This document shows positions 13,201 to 26,700 of a stretch of 64,000 nucleotides of DNA, piece by piece. How positions within the stretch are numbered: the stretch's first letter is position 1; each line of letters starts with the position of its first letter. A program made the position numbers and the translations under genes. The DNA comes from Octopus vulgaris (lineage: Eukaryota): contig OX597826.1 of NCBI GenBank assembly GCA_951406725.2, positions 59,086,001-59,150,000 on the forward strand. Direction: 5' to 3'. Under the pieces are notes generated by a model that was not told the DNA's origin, ran no database searches, and worked only from the letters and a program-made list of their open reading frames with translations.

Positions 13201-13667
13201 GTCTTCTTCTTTTTCATCTTCTTCTTCTTCTTCTTCTTCTTCTTCTTCTTCTTCTTCTTCTTCTTCTTCTTCTTCTTCTTCTTCTTCTTCTTCTTCTTCG
13301 TCTTCTTCGTCTTCATCTCCTTCTTCTTCATCATCATCATCATCTCCTTCTTCTTCTTCTTCTTCTTCTTCTTCTTCTTCATCATCATCTTCTTTTTCTT
13401 CTTCTTTTTCGTTTTCGGTTTCTTCTTCTTTTCTTCTTCTTCTTCTTCTTCTTCTTCTTCTTCTTCTTCTTCTTTTTCTTCTTCTTCTTCTTCTTCTTCA
13501 TCATCATCTTCTTTTTCTTCTTCTTTTTCGTTTTCGGTTTCTTCTTCTTTTCTTCTTCTTCTTCTTCTTCTTCTTCTTCTTCTTTTTCTTCTTCTTCTTT
13601 TTCTTCTTCTTCTTCATCATCTTCTTTTTCTTCTTCTTTTTCGTTTTCGGTTTCTTCTTCTTTTCTT

Positions 13668-13698
<31 letters not shown>

Positions 13699-13723
13699 TT
13701 ATTATTATCATTATTATTATTAT
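13201..13723. repeat. (TTC)n polypyrimidine tract with higher-order triplication
   Basis: TCATCATCTTCTTTTTCTTCTTCTTTTTCGTTTTCGGTTTC occurs three times within the TTC run. Confidence 0.95.
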
Positions 13724-13779
13724 AAATGTGTGTGTATATATGTATGTGCACACATACATATTACTATATACACACAAAT

Positions 13780-13827
<48 letters not shown>

Positions 13828-14623
13828 ATATATATACATGTATAGCGATTGATAGATCGGCAGACAAATATATACATGCATACAAAGTTAAATGTCGCCG
13901 TTCCAAACATCTCAGGGTATCCAAGGAATTTTTTTAGACGATTGTGATTACAGCACTTAACCCCTGAAAGAGTTCGCCCGTCCGCAAGAGAGGTAACATT
14001 CAACTGCAAATAACATTCATTTTCGACGAAGAATTTTCGTGAAACAATGAACCATTTTCACGGAATCAACACGATGCCGCTCATTAAGGAAATTGAACCC
14101 AACATATATACATATATATATACACATATATACATATATACATATATACACATATATACATACATAAATATATATATATATATCTATATATACATATATA
14201 GATATACATATATGTATATATACACATATATACATATACATGCATACATAAATACATACATGTATGTATCAGCAAGCACGCATACACACACACATTCTCT
14301 CTCTCTCTCTCTCTCTCATATACTCACATGCAATTCTTATTTTATTATTTTTAGTGTTTTTATCTCGATTTGCATAATGGCGTCAAAATTGTTGTTAGTT
14401 CATTTGAACACAGGTCCTCTAAGCAAACAGGGTGACGACTCGACGAGAATCTTTTGTAATGTGAATCTTTGAACACAAGAATTGGTTCCTGAAGTAGTAA
14501 AACTATGGACACTTATATTAATTAATTTCTATCTTTATTTAATTCCAGACTATATGAAGTTGTTTGATATTTATATTAGGAAATGACATGTATATGTATG
14601 GGCGGGGTGTATTTGTGTGTGTC

Positions 14624-14673
<50 letters not shown>

Positions 14674-14790
14674 TATATGTATGTATATATGTATTCATCT
14701 GACTGTTCTTTGTTTTGTTTTCCTGGTTCATTTCCGCTGCGTCTATCTCCTCCCACCTCTCTCTCTATCCAACAATATATATGTATATAT

Positions 14791-14831
<41 letters not shown>

Positions 14832-14870
14832 ATTATACACATATATATATATATATAAATATATACTTAC

Positions 14871-16705
14871 TCAAAGAGTGTGCCGCCAAAGATCAAAGAC
14901 GGTGCCGACAGAGATCAAAGAGGCTGCCGAACCGGTCCAACCCGTACCGGTCCAAACCGGTTCAAACCGAACCAAACCGAACCAAACCGGTTCAAACCGG
15001 ATCAATCCGGTTCAAAACTGATCATATCGGTTGAAACCGGTTGAAACCGGTTCAAACAAGATCAGAACGGTTCGAAGCGGATCAAACCGATTAAAACTGG
15101 TTCAAACCAGATGAAACCGGTTCAAACCGGTTCAAACGTGATCAAACCGGTTCAAATGTCAGGAATGTCCGGAATGTCAGAAACCTCAGGAATGTCAGGA
15201 TATCTGGAATGTCAGGATTTCTGGAATGTCAGGAATGTCTGGAATGTCAGGAATGTCAGTAATGTCTGGAATGTCAGGAATGTCAGCGATCTCTGTCAGC
15301 ACACTCTTTGATCTCAGTCGACAAAGATCAAAAACGGGGCCGACAGAGGTCAAAGAGTGTGTCGACAGAGATCAAAGACGGTTGCCGACGAACCGGTTCA
15401 AACCGTTTTAAACCGGTTGAAACAGGATCAAACAGGCTGAGACCGGATCAAACCGGTTCAAACCAGATCAAACCGGTTCAAACATGATCAAACCGGTTCA
15501 AACAAGAATCGAACCGTATCAGACCGGTTCAAACTGGATCAAGCCTGATCAAACCGGTTCAAATGTCAGGAATGTCAGGAATGTCTGAAATGTCTGGAAT
15601 GCCAGGAATGTCTGGAATGTCTGGAATGTCAGGAATGTCAAGAATGTCAGGAATGTCAAGAATGTCAGGAATGTCTGGAATATCAGGAATGTTTGGAATA
15701 TGAGGAATATCAGAGATCAAAGACGGTGCCGACAGAGATCAAAGACGGTGCCGAGAGAGATCAAAGAGTGTGCCGACAAAGATCAAAGACGGTGCCGACA
15801 GAGATCAAAGAATGTGCCGACAAAGATCAAAGGCGGTGCCGACAGAGATCAGAGACGGTGCGGACAAAGACCAAAGGCGGTGCCGACAGAGATCAAATAT
15901 GGTGGCGACAAAGATCAAAGACGGTGCCGACAGAGATCAAAGAATGTGCCGACAAAGATCAAAGACGGTGCCGACAGAGATCAAAGAGTGTGCCGACAAA
16001 GATCAAAGACGGTGACGAAAAACCGGTTCAAACCGGGTCAAATCGCATCAAATCTGTTTAAACCAGATCAAATCGGTTCAGACCCGTTCAAGCCGGTTCA
16101 ATCCGGTTCAAACCGGTCAAAATACGGTGCCGTCAGAGATCAAAGACGGTGCCGACAAAGATCAAAGGCGGTGCCGACAGAGATCAAAGACGGTGCCGAC
16201 AGATATCAAAGGGTGTGCCGACAGAGATCAAAGACGGTGCCGACAGAGATCAAATACGGTGCCGACAATGATCAAAGGCGGTACCGACAGAGATCAAGGA
16301 ATGTGCCGACAAAGATCAAAGACGGTGCCGACAGAGATCAAGGAATGTGGACGGTGCTGACAGAGATCAAATACGGTGCCGACAAAGATCAAAGGCGGTG
16401 CCGACAGAGATCAAGGAATGTGCCGACAATGATCAAAGACGGTGCCGACAGAGATCAAATACGGTGCCGACAAAGATCAAAGGCGGTGCCGACAGAGATC
16501 AAATACGGTGCCGACAGAGATCAAAGAGTGTGCCGACAGAGATCAAAGACGGTGCCGACATAGATCAAATACGGTGCCGACAAAGATCAAAGGCGGTGCC
16601 GACAGAGATCAAAGACGGTGCCGACAGAGATCAAAGACGGTGCCGACAAAGACCAAAGACGCTGCCGACAGAGATCAAAGTCGGTGCCGACAGAGATCAA
16701 AGAGT
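14871..16705 (+). repeat. Composite tandem array 1 (22-bp GACGGTGCCGACAGAGATCAAA, 10-bp AAACCGGTTC, 9-bp GGAATGTCA blocks)
   Basis: Approximate block order: 22(14871-14929), 10(-15155), 9(-15287), 22(-15390), 10(-15562), 9(-15711), 22(-16017), 10(-16120), 22(-16705). Confidence 0.95.
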
Positions 16706-17262
16706 ACACGCCTATGTGTGTATATGTATATATACATATGTATGTGTGTGTGTGTGTGAGAGAGAGAGAGAGTACGTTCTTGTGTGTGCGTGTCCTGGTC
16801 TGAGATTTTCAGGGTTTTGAGGATAATGGAACCATCCCTTAACCACTATTGTTCCAGGTGTCCACTGATTCGTAGTAATACCACCAGTCAGTGTCCTGTA
16901 GTAATACCACCAGTCAGTGTCGTACCTATGAGCTAACCAGCATCTTATGGCTTGCCTACCTATTCATTTGAAAACTGGTTTCGGCAGGACTCTGTGAAAG
17001 AATCCCTGATGATTCCGTATACACGAAAACAGCATCACATCACTTCATCCTTTGTTAGCTTGATGTTTTTTGCCACTGGATTGAAGATGTTCAAGGACGA
17101 GAGACTGGTCGACGGAATGCAAATCTTCTTTACTTTAAAGAAATACACTGCATGTCTTGGGTCATCTGGATTATCTGTATGGTTCACATCACTCCGACAT
17201 AACAACATGACACGTAGATCTGTATAAGCATTGTACGTATATATATATATATATATATATAT

Positions 17263-17650
17263 TATTAAATTAGAGACAAAACCACTATTAGGCAAATCAT
17301 ACAATGAAAAACTTAAGCCAATACATAAGATTATTTAATTTATATTATTTAAATATATAACAAAATTATTAAAAAAATATAATTAATATAACACTACGAT
17401 CGTTTCATGGCTGTTAATTTCTTTAAATTTAGTGTTATATTAATTATATTTTTTTAAATAATTTTGTTATATATTTAAATAATATAAATTAAATAATCTT
17501 ATGTATTGGCTTAAGTTTTTCATTGTATGATTTGCCTAATAGTGGTTTTGTCTCTAATTTAATATAATATAATATTTTACTATAAAATTGGATTCAATCC
17601 TAAATCTGATTTTTCCCTGTAAGTTTGGATTTATTCCCTAATATTTATTA

Positions 17651-17655
<5 letters not shown>
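17263..17655. repeat. AT-rich inverted repeat (about 134-bp arms), probable Penelope pLTR inversion
   Basis: 17263-17396 is the near-perfect reverse complement of 17430-17564; spacer carries GAAACGATCGTA on the minus strand; flanked by (TA)n. Confidence 0.85.
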
Positions 17656-19145
<1,490 letters not shown>

Positions 19146-19169
19146 TGAATCCGGTGGACTCTGAACATT

Positions 19170-19750
19170 AATCTGTCTGAGCCTTCGTTTCTGAATAAAA
19201 TATGTTCGACCTCGATTTATTTTATGCCACGTGATCGGAGACATTACACGCGGCTTTATTGGCGTCATATGCTTTCAGTAGATCAGGCTATACATAGATC
19301 AGGCTATACATATTTCTTTATATCGAAAGTCAATCCGAGACGCATCTACATTGCTCAGTCGTTCCGATACACAAAGCTTTCCGCATTCTTCTGAAGTGCG
19401 TTGTGACCACAACAGCAAGCTCAAGGATACCGGCTCATCCATGCGCCAGCAATTCGTATCAGATGTCACAATTGCAAACAGCACAACACCATGGTTTCTG
19501 TGTAATGCTGCTTTCCACCTTTAAACCTCTTCATTCATCTGTGCACATTGCACTTGTCAATATTGTCAGCTCTATAAACAAAGCGTTGCCTTCTCGAGAT
19601 GTTGGAGCGAGTTTTCGCTTCCTTTGACCAAAACTCAACTGACAGCATGCTGCTTCTGTTCGGAAGGCACAATTTTCTTCCGAAAAGGAAGAAGAATTGT
19701 TACTATAAGTAGAAAGTATTACTTGACTATCGTGTGCAATTTATCATTAC
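19170..19750 (-). mobile_element. Decayed mariner 5' portion
   Basis: QKQHAV-EFL and DNIDKCNVHR*MKRFKGG parallel the N-terminus at 10330-10480. Confidence 0.55.
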
Positions 19751-19963
19751 TAAAAGCACTGTGTCTGTTAATAAAATGGCTATGCTTGTTTTACAGCCTG
19801 CTTTATAGCTTGCTTTACTATTTGTACATATGTGTGAGTGTGCATTTGCGCGAGCGCATGCCTAATCACCATGATTGGGTTGGGTTTAGTGTGTGCGTGT
19901 ATCTATTGCCAACAGTCTATCTCTCTCTCTGTCTGTCCGTCAGTCTGTCGGTATTTCTATCAA

Positions 19964-20195
19964 GGCGGCGAGCTGGCAGAAACGTTAGCACGCCGGGCGA
20001 AATGCGTAGCCGTATTTCGTCTGCAGTTACGTTCTGAGTTCAAATTGCGCCGAGGTCAACTTTGCCTTTCATCCTTTCGGGGTCGATAAATTAAGTACCA
20101 GTTACGCACTGGGGTCGATGTAATCGACTAAATCCGTTTGTCTGTCCTTGTTTGTCCTCTGTGTTTAGCCCCTCGTGGGTACTAAAGAAATAGGT
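19964..20195 (+). mobile_element. SINE family B with TSD
   Basis: GGCGGCGAGCTGGCAGAAACGTTAG...GAGTTCAAAT (B box)...GCCTTTCATCCTTTCGGGGTCGATAAATTAAGTACCAG...AAAGAAATAGG; TSD GGTAT(T/G)TCTATCAA at 19950-19963 and 20193-20206. Confidence 0.9.
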
Positions 20196-20331
20196 ATGTC
20201 TATCAATGCATCTATCTGTCTGTCTGCCTGTCTGTCTGCCTGTCTGTCTGTCTGTCTATCTGTCTATCTGTCTGTCTATCTATCTATCTATTTATCTCTC
20301 TCCCCCCTCTCTCTCTCTCTATCTCTCTCTC

Positions 20332-20383
<52 letters not shown>

Positions 20384-20619
20384 TATACATGCATATATAT
20401 ATATGCCTACATAGGCTTATACATGTGTGGGTGTGGGTGTGAATTTAAGTATGTATAGTGCACATTGTACACTTATATAAATATGCATATATACGTATAC
20501 ATAAATAAACTCACAGCCACACATGCCTATATATATATAATATTCCTATTTATGTGAGCGTGTGTATCTGAATGTGGTGTGTGTGTATTTGTGTGTGTGT
20601 GTTTATGTGTGTGTGTGTG

Positions 20620-21125
20620 TCAGATTACTCTCAGTACCACCTTTTGTCTGCTCATTTTAACACCAACCCTGTAGAGCCTGCAGCGTGGGCGGACCGTTGA
20701 CGACTAGACTAGCAACCATACCAAGATTGATTTGTAAAGATAGCATGTTGTTGGACATCTTTGTTATGTTTGTTCTCCGAAGGAATGAAACTCTGATGTT
20801 GTGTTCAATGTTGTAGACTAATTCATTCATAGCTCAGAGTGTGGGTCTATTCCTGTGACAGGCATTTCCTCACTTTAAAAATATTCAGGCACGCGAAACG
20901 CTTGATAATCGACATCTCTACTATGTTTTGCTATGGCTGGAGCTTGCTGATAGAGGCAAAGACACTGAGTGAAAAGTTCTATGGTGCAAGGAGAGCACTC
21001 GTCAGCATGGGTGACAAGCTCTTTGAAGACCTGCTGTAAAAGCAGCAATTGTTGCCACATCTGTGCAAAAGAGTGTAAGTCCCTAGAACTGGAAAGCCAC
21101 ATGAGTGGTGCTTAAAGAATCCTAT
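20620..21125 (+). mobile_element. RTE-related non-autonomous element, copy 4
   Basis: GTCAG head plus GACTAGACTAGCAACCATACCAAG; 3' end translates CHICAKECKSLELESHM, like the RTE C-terminal CxxC..C.S..GL.SH finger. Confidence 0.6.
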
Positions 21126-21146
21126 CAATCGAAATAGAGATATATT

Positions 21147-21184
<38 letters not shown>

Positions 21185-21203
21185 GTGTAATGTATGTATG
21201 CAT

Positions 21204-21602
21204 ACTCTTTTACTCTTTTACTTGTTTCAGTCATTTGACTGCGGCCATGCTGGAGCACCGCCTTTAGTCGAGCAAATCGACTCCGGGACTTATTCTTTGT
21301 AAGCCCAGTACTTATTCATCGGTCTCTTTTGCCGAACCGCTAAGTGACGGGGACGTAAACACACCAGCATCGGTTGTCAAGCAATGCTAGGGGACAAACA
21401 CAAACACACAAACACACACACACATATACATATATATATACGACAGGCTTCTTTCAGTTTCCGTCTACCAAATCCACTCACAAAGCATTGGTCGGCCTGG
21501 GGCTATAGCAGAAGACACTTGCCCAAGATGCCACGCAGTGGGACTGAACCTGAAACCATGTGGTTGGTTAGCAAACTACTTACCACACAGCCACTCCTGC
21601 GC
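21204..21602 (-). mobile_element. SINE family A
   Basis: Full-length reverse-complement match. Confidence 0.92.
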
Positions 21603-21605
21603 ATG

Positions 21606-21639
<34 letters not shown>

Positions 21640-21657
21640 GCATGCATATACATACAG

Positions 21658-21789
<132 letters not shown>

Positions 21790-21857
21790 TGATAAAAATG
21801 GTGAGATAACAAAAGAAAGAAAGAGACCTCGATATTATGTAAATAGAGAATTTATCT

Positions 21858-21977
21858 GTAAATGTAATATGCGACATTTCGGAAAACTGAAGAGATGGCG
21901 GCGTGGATTTCCACCTCGACATCCGAAACTCGGAGTTTTATCATGGCTACCGAATAATTGTCACACATTACATTTAC
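21858..21977 (+). ncRNA. Type I hammerhead ribozyme motif (PLE-type)
   Basis: CUGAAGA (21887), stem II GAUG..GUGG/CCAC..CAUC, GAAAC (21925), stem III ACUC/GAGU, GUU triplet; long flanking stem GTAAATGTAATATGCGACA / TGTCACACATTACATTTAC. Confidence 0.6.
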
Positions 21978-22046
21978 ATATATATATATCTGTATGTATA
22001 TGCATGCGTATATATATATATATATGCAATGCATGCATATACATAC

Positions 22047-22083
<37 letters not shown>

Positions 22084-22094
<11 letters not shown>

Positions 22095-22400
22095 TGGCAG
22101 GGCTGGACTGCTAGGTAGTCCGCAGTATGCTAGAAACAGATCATCAACGATCAAACTACAAAGGAAATTCTCTAGAGGAAAAATTCAGCGAACACCAGAA
22201 CCAAATTTGGCGGGCAGGACAGATGAAAATTTATATAAAATGTTTTTTATATAAATTTTCATCTGTCCTGCCCGCCAAATTTGGTTCTGTGTTCGCTGAA
22301 TTTTTCCTCTAGAGAATTTCCTTTGTAGTTTGATCGTTGATGATCTGTTTCTAGCATACTGCGGACTACCTAGCAGTCCAGCCCTGCCAATATACACATA
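22084..22400. repeat. Near-perfect palindrome of about 317 bp
   Basis: Arms of about 157 bp are reverse complements around a 2-3 nt centre at about 22242, with one indel and rare mismatches. Confidence 0.95.
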
Positions 22401-22512
22401 TATTAGAATTTTCTCTGACTTCTCAGATTTTTTGTATGCTGGACTACTGGTTTTAAATTGATATTAAAATTAATATTAATTTATCTCCCTCATTATTTAA
22501 ATATATATATTT

Positions 22513-22585
<73 letters not shown>

Positions 22586-22587
<2 letters not shown>

Positions 22588-23700
22588 CTTGAAAAAATTA
22601 CTAACAAAGGCAAAATTTGACCTTTGCAACAAAGACCAAACATTCACTGTATCTAAATGCAATGATAACCGAAGTGGCACATGCCAATTCATACATACCG
22701 GCCAATATATAAACATAAAAACCAGAAAAATATTCACAAACGCGAATATGAACTGCAAAAGCAGAAATTTAATTTACTGCATCAAATGCCTAAATTGTGA
22801 AGAAATATATGTAGGTAAGACGGGAAATGCATATCAGAACGCTGACGTGTACACCGACAACAGGTTAGAGACCCAGAGGTCCGTCAGATACCTTTGAGTA
22901 ACCACCTAGCAACATGTGGTCGGAAAATATATATATTTCCATTCTACAAATTACACAGCTCGAGTGAAATCGAGAGGAAAATCAGAGAAAAGAATTTTAT
23001 TGATGAATTCGAATCCAAGCTAAATAAGCAATAATAATAATACTTAGAGGTACTACTTCTACTGCTACGACCATGACCACTAACAACAACAACAATACTA
23101 AAGGTGATCAAGATGAAGATAGCAGGAAAATTATCTTATTTAGGGTTAAAAGTTCTATTGCCACCACCATCACCACTAGCAACAATAATTAAGGTGCTGA
23201 CAATGATGATGATGACAATTGAAATATAAAAATCCCTGACAAAGGCTATTTACAACATTTCTAAAATAGCCCAACAATTGCTGCCTCGGCCAGGGTTAAG
23301 ATACAGGACTCTTGACATGTTCAACAAAGCGTGACGCCTAAACCAATCAGCTTAAGTATTTGAGTGATGCTACACACTGATTGGTCAGAATACAGTTTGC
23401 AAAACCTAGCAATCTGGAGCCTACACAGGTATATTTAAGGCACAGATTTAACCATCTCACTACAGTCAAAAATTGTGAAGCATGACTGTCACCACTACTA
23501 CATGAACCTGAAGATTGCATAATTTAATGCATGAAAGTACTAGTCCAATCAGAATGAACATTTAACATTCTATTATTTTATTTTATTTTATTATATTATA
23601 TTATCGTATATTATATCATTATAAGATTGTAAATAAAACGTGAAAATCAGACAAGGTTGGAATTCCTTTTATTAATATATTCTTCTATACACAATCACAC
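22586..23700 (+). mobile_element. Penelope-like element 3' portion: GIY-YIG endonuclease pseudogene plus pLTR
   Basis: KCNDNRSGTC...NCKSRNLIYCIKCLNCEEIYVGKTG (GIY-YIG), then frameshifted RVHRQQVRDP...HLATCG...RKIREKNFIDEFESKLN* (about 23033); downstream CCAAT/TATA-like motifs, hammerhead motif and AATAAA. Confidence 0.88.
23504..23546 (+). ncRNA. Minimal hammerhead motif in the Penelope pLTR
   Basis: GAAC-CUGAAGA-U-UGCAU(AAUUUA)AUGCA-U-GAA-AGUACU-A-GUCC: intact core, palindromic stem III, CUA triplet. Confidence 0.6.
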
Positions 23701-23708
23701 ACACCCGT

Positions 23709-23891
<183 letters not shown>

Positions 23892-23929
23892 TGATTATCT
23901 CGTGACGAAGGAAGACCATCACTTACAAT

Positions 23930-24536
23930 TAAGAACATTGTGCACTTAAGCAGTAATCCTCATACACAAATGTCAGCAATGTCTCTGCAGAATTTGGTGT
24001 AAAATAAAGGTTGTACGACACTTCATAGACCTGATTGTACGACACCTCATAGACGTCATGACATGATCTAGGGACAAGGTGAGGCGAGATATCCAGTGCC
24101 AACATGGGTTGTAAGCTCAGTACCGTGGGAATACTATGGTCTCAAGCGTAAGCAGAAGATCCCTAAAATGCTCAGTGCCATTCCTTGCATATCTGTTTGT
24201 ATATCAAAGTGACCTTTTATTAAGAGACATGAATTTGTAAAAGCGGAGAGGTGTTTCACTCCCAGTGGTTTCCAACATACCGGAAATACTAGCTCGGAAT
24301 TTCTGTGTGACCGTGCTATTGCTAGACAGTCCCTGAACCTAGACTGGGTACATCACTCCTTCTCACAGGTCTGGCTTTTAATCCTGCTGAGTTTCTCGCA
24401 ACCCTTCTCAGCAGGCTAATCCTGGTCGGAGTGCCGGTTTAGCTGCCCATGACCCAACGATGCAACGGGTTGTACCGCATTCTATGTTATCAGTAACACT
24501 CATGAGATTTAGACTGTCTTCTCAAGTGATTTGACT
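23930..24536 (-). mobile_element. RTE-related non-autonomous element, copy 5
   Basis: Reverse complement GTCAAATCACTTGAG...GAGTGTTACTGATAACAT..GTACAACCCGTTGCATCGTTGGGTC..GCTAAACCGGCAC aligns to 237-330. Confidence 0.6.
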
Positions 24537-25730
24537 CGCACGCACGTACACAGACAATACATACACACACACTCGCTCATACATACATACTTGCATTTAC
24601 ATGTAACATTCAGTCATACTGAGTGGCTTTTTTCTTCGTATTTTCTGTCGTTTTCTCTGTTCGGTTCCAGGTTTGCCGTTGGAACAACTACAGAGCAAAA
24701 GCAGTATTAATTTTCTTGGAAGATTGGAGAAGTGGTCGTTTGCAATCATGTGATAATTCTGATGACATAATGTTTATACCCCATGAAGCAGGTAACTAAC
24801 ACATTATTACTCACGATCTGTCTGCGATATTTAAAAATATTTTTCCTCGTCAAATTCATCTTTAATTCACAAATATTTTCTTTGTTTATATAAATTCTTT
24901 CTCCTAATCCAAAGTTAATTTTAATTCTGTTTCTCAATTTTCAGTCTTTTTTTTTCATATTCGTTCGAATATCCATAGTCCAGAATCGGTTGTAAATTCC
25001 ATGGTGATTGGAGAATAACAAGAATTCTCAAGAAGTTAGCATTAAGCATCTTTGGAAAATGTGATGGCAGAATATATACTCCGCATGACGTAGAAAACTA
25101 ATATAGCAAAACTCACGAACTGTCTGCAATGGTTCAAAAAATAAAATAATAAAGATGAAGCAAAATGTAATATTTTCATTAAAATCCATCGAAATTTACA
25201 AATGCTTTTTTTCTCGTTTCTATAATTATTAATCTGGTAAATTTTGTCTTAGTGTGGTGTTATTTAACCGCAGGCTGGTCTTGATGGTGCGTGTGAGCTG
25301 AGAGGTAACATGAGCATGAATATCATGAGCTTTTGAGACAGAGCAAGTATTTGATCACACTATACAGTACGATGACGATGAGACAACAGCAACTGCGACG
25401 ACGATGGTGACGGCGACAGAGACGACGAGGTCAACGAAGAAAAAAGGCACTGGCGGTGACAGCGGCGAAGGCGACGTTGATGGCGACAAATATCAAGTGG
25501 TAGTGGTGGCAGCGAAGGCGACGAAGACTGCGACGATGGCATCGGTGGTGAAAGCGGTGACGTTGATGGCGATGGCGAGGTCAACAATTACGCCGACGAT
25601 GACGGTGTCCGCAACAACGAAGGTGCTTTGCAATAGCGACGACGACTTAGTCTGCGTAGACGACGGCAACGGTGACGAAGGTGGCGACATTGATGAAGGC
25701 GGCGGTGGCAACGGTAACTACGGCGACAAA

Positions 25731-25965
25731 GGCGGCGAGCTGGCAGAATCGTTAGAACGCCGGGCGAAATGCTTAGCGGTATCTCGCCCGCCGTTACGTT
25801 CTGAGTTCAAATTCCGCCGAGGTCGACTATGCCTTTCATCCTTTCAGGGTCGATTTAAATAAGTACCAGTTACGCACTGGGGTCGATATAATCGACTTAA
25901 TCCGTTTGTCTGTCCTTGTTTGTTCCGTCTGTGTTTAGCCCCTTGTGGGTAGTAAAGAAATAGGT
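25731..25965 (+). mobile_element. SINE family B with 15-bp TSD
   Basis: TSD GGTAACTACGGCGAC at 25713-25727 and 25963-25977. Confidence 0.92.
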
Positions 25966-25984
25966 AACTACGGCGACGATGAGA

Positions 25985-26700
25985 GGATACCAGCCCACAA
26001 CATGACTCCTCTACCTGTTTATTGGAATCCTAATCATTGGTGACGCTCATCTCCAAAATGGACCCAACAATTTGCTCAACCGTCAGATCCGTCAAAATCC
26101 CTGGTTTCGTCAGTGAACAGAACACAACTCATGTCTAACGTCATATACTAATGGGCCTGTTGAAGCGTCAAACTCCTGTGTGAAGGCAAATTCAGGAGTA
26201 CCCGCATGGAAGCCATGCTCCTGAGGATGCGATTTCTGGTGGTTTTCGGTACTCGAGGAAGTCCGGAGGCAGTGAAAATGGCTTTGCTTTTTTGTTCAAG
26301 TTTCCTACGTAACTTGCGGCCAATATTCCTCAAATCTCGAGCTGTTGCAGTTTGGGAGGTCCCGCAATCCGTTCGTTTCTTTCTTAGCGAAAGGTCCTTC
26401 AAGAATCGTCTAACCGTGCCCAGAGGACGACCTAATTTCTCCGCATTGACATGAAAAGAGGTGCTTTTAGCACTTACCTTGATGATAGATTTTCTTCATC
26501 GTTAAGGACTTTTCCACGTCCCATTGTTTTTAGAGAGGAGAGACATTATTAGCGAGGTTCACCCCAAAGCTAAATAAAGCAGAAAGAATATTATACAGAA
26601 TTTTGAAAACATAACAATGCTGTTGCCATAGTGTGCACACTAGCTGGGAAGAGTTTTATAAAAACCAAGAAATCCTAAATTTCCCTCCTAAGCTATTAGC
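25985..26700 (-). mobile_element. Tc1-superfamily transposase remnant (TRT/DD37E-like)
   Basis: MGRGKVLNDEE start at 26524; HTH region RDLRNIGRKLRR...SGLPRVPKTTRNRILR; VLFTDETR-DGSDG* resembling FTDE.RATLDGPDGW. Confidence 0.7.

Noticed and set aside
13058-13937. Long Ser/Phe/Leu-rich ORFs
   Set aside because: (TTC)n microsatellite translations.
14871-16705. CRISPR-like array or repetitive protein ORFs (RCRQRSK / VPTEIKDG)
   Set aside because: Units abut with no unique spacers and there are no cas genes; ORFs are open in several frames simply because the unit lacks stops.
16873-16921. 24-bp direct duplication GTAGTAATACCACCAGTCAGTGTC
   Set aside because: Simple local tandem duplication inside a repeat fragment; no further structure.
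25370-25730. Acidic Gly/Asp-rich ORF 25404..25862
   Set aside because: (GAC/GGC) cryptic repeat running into a SINE; no coding evidence.
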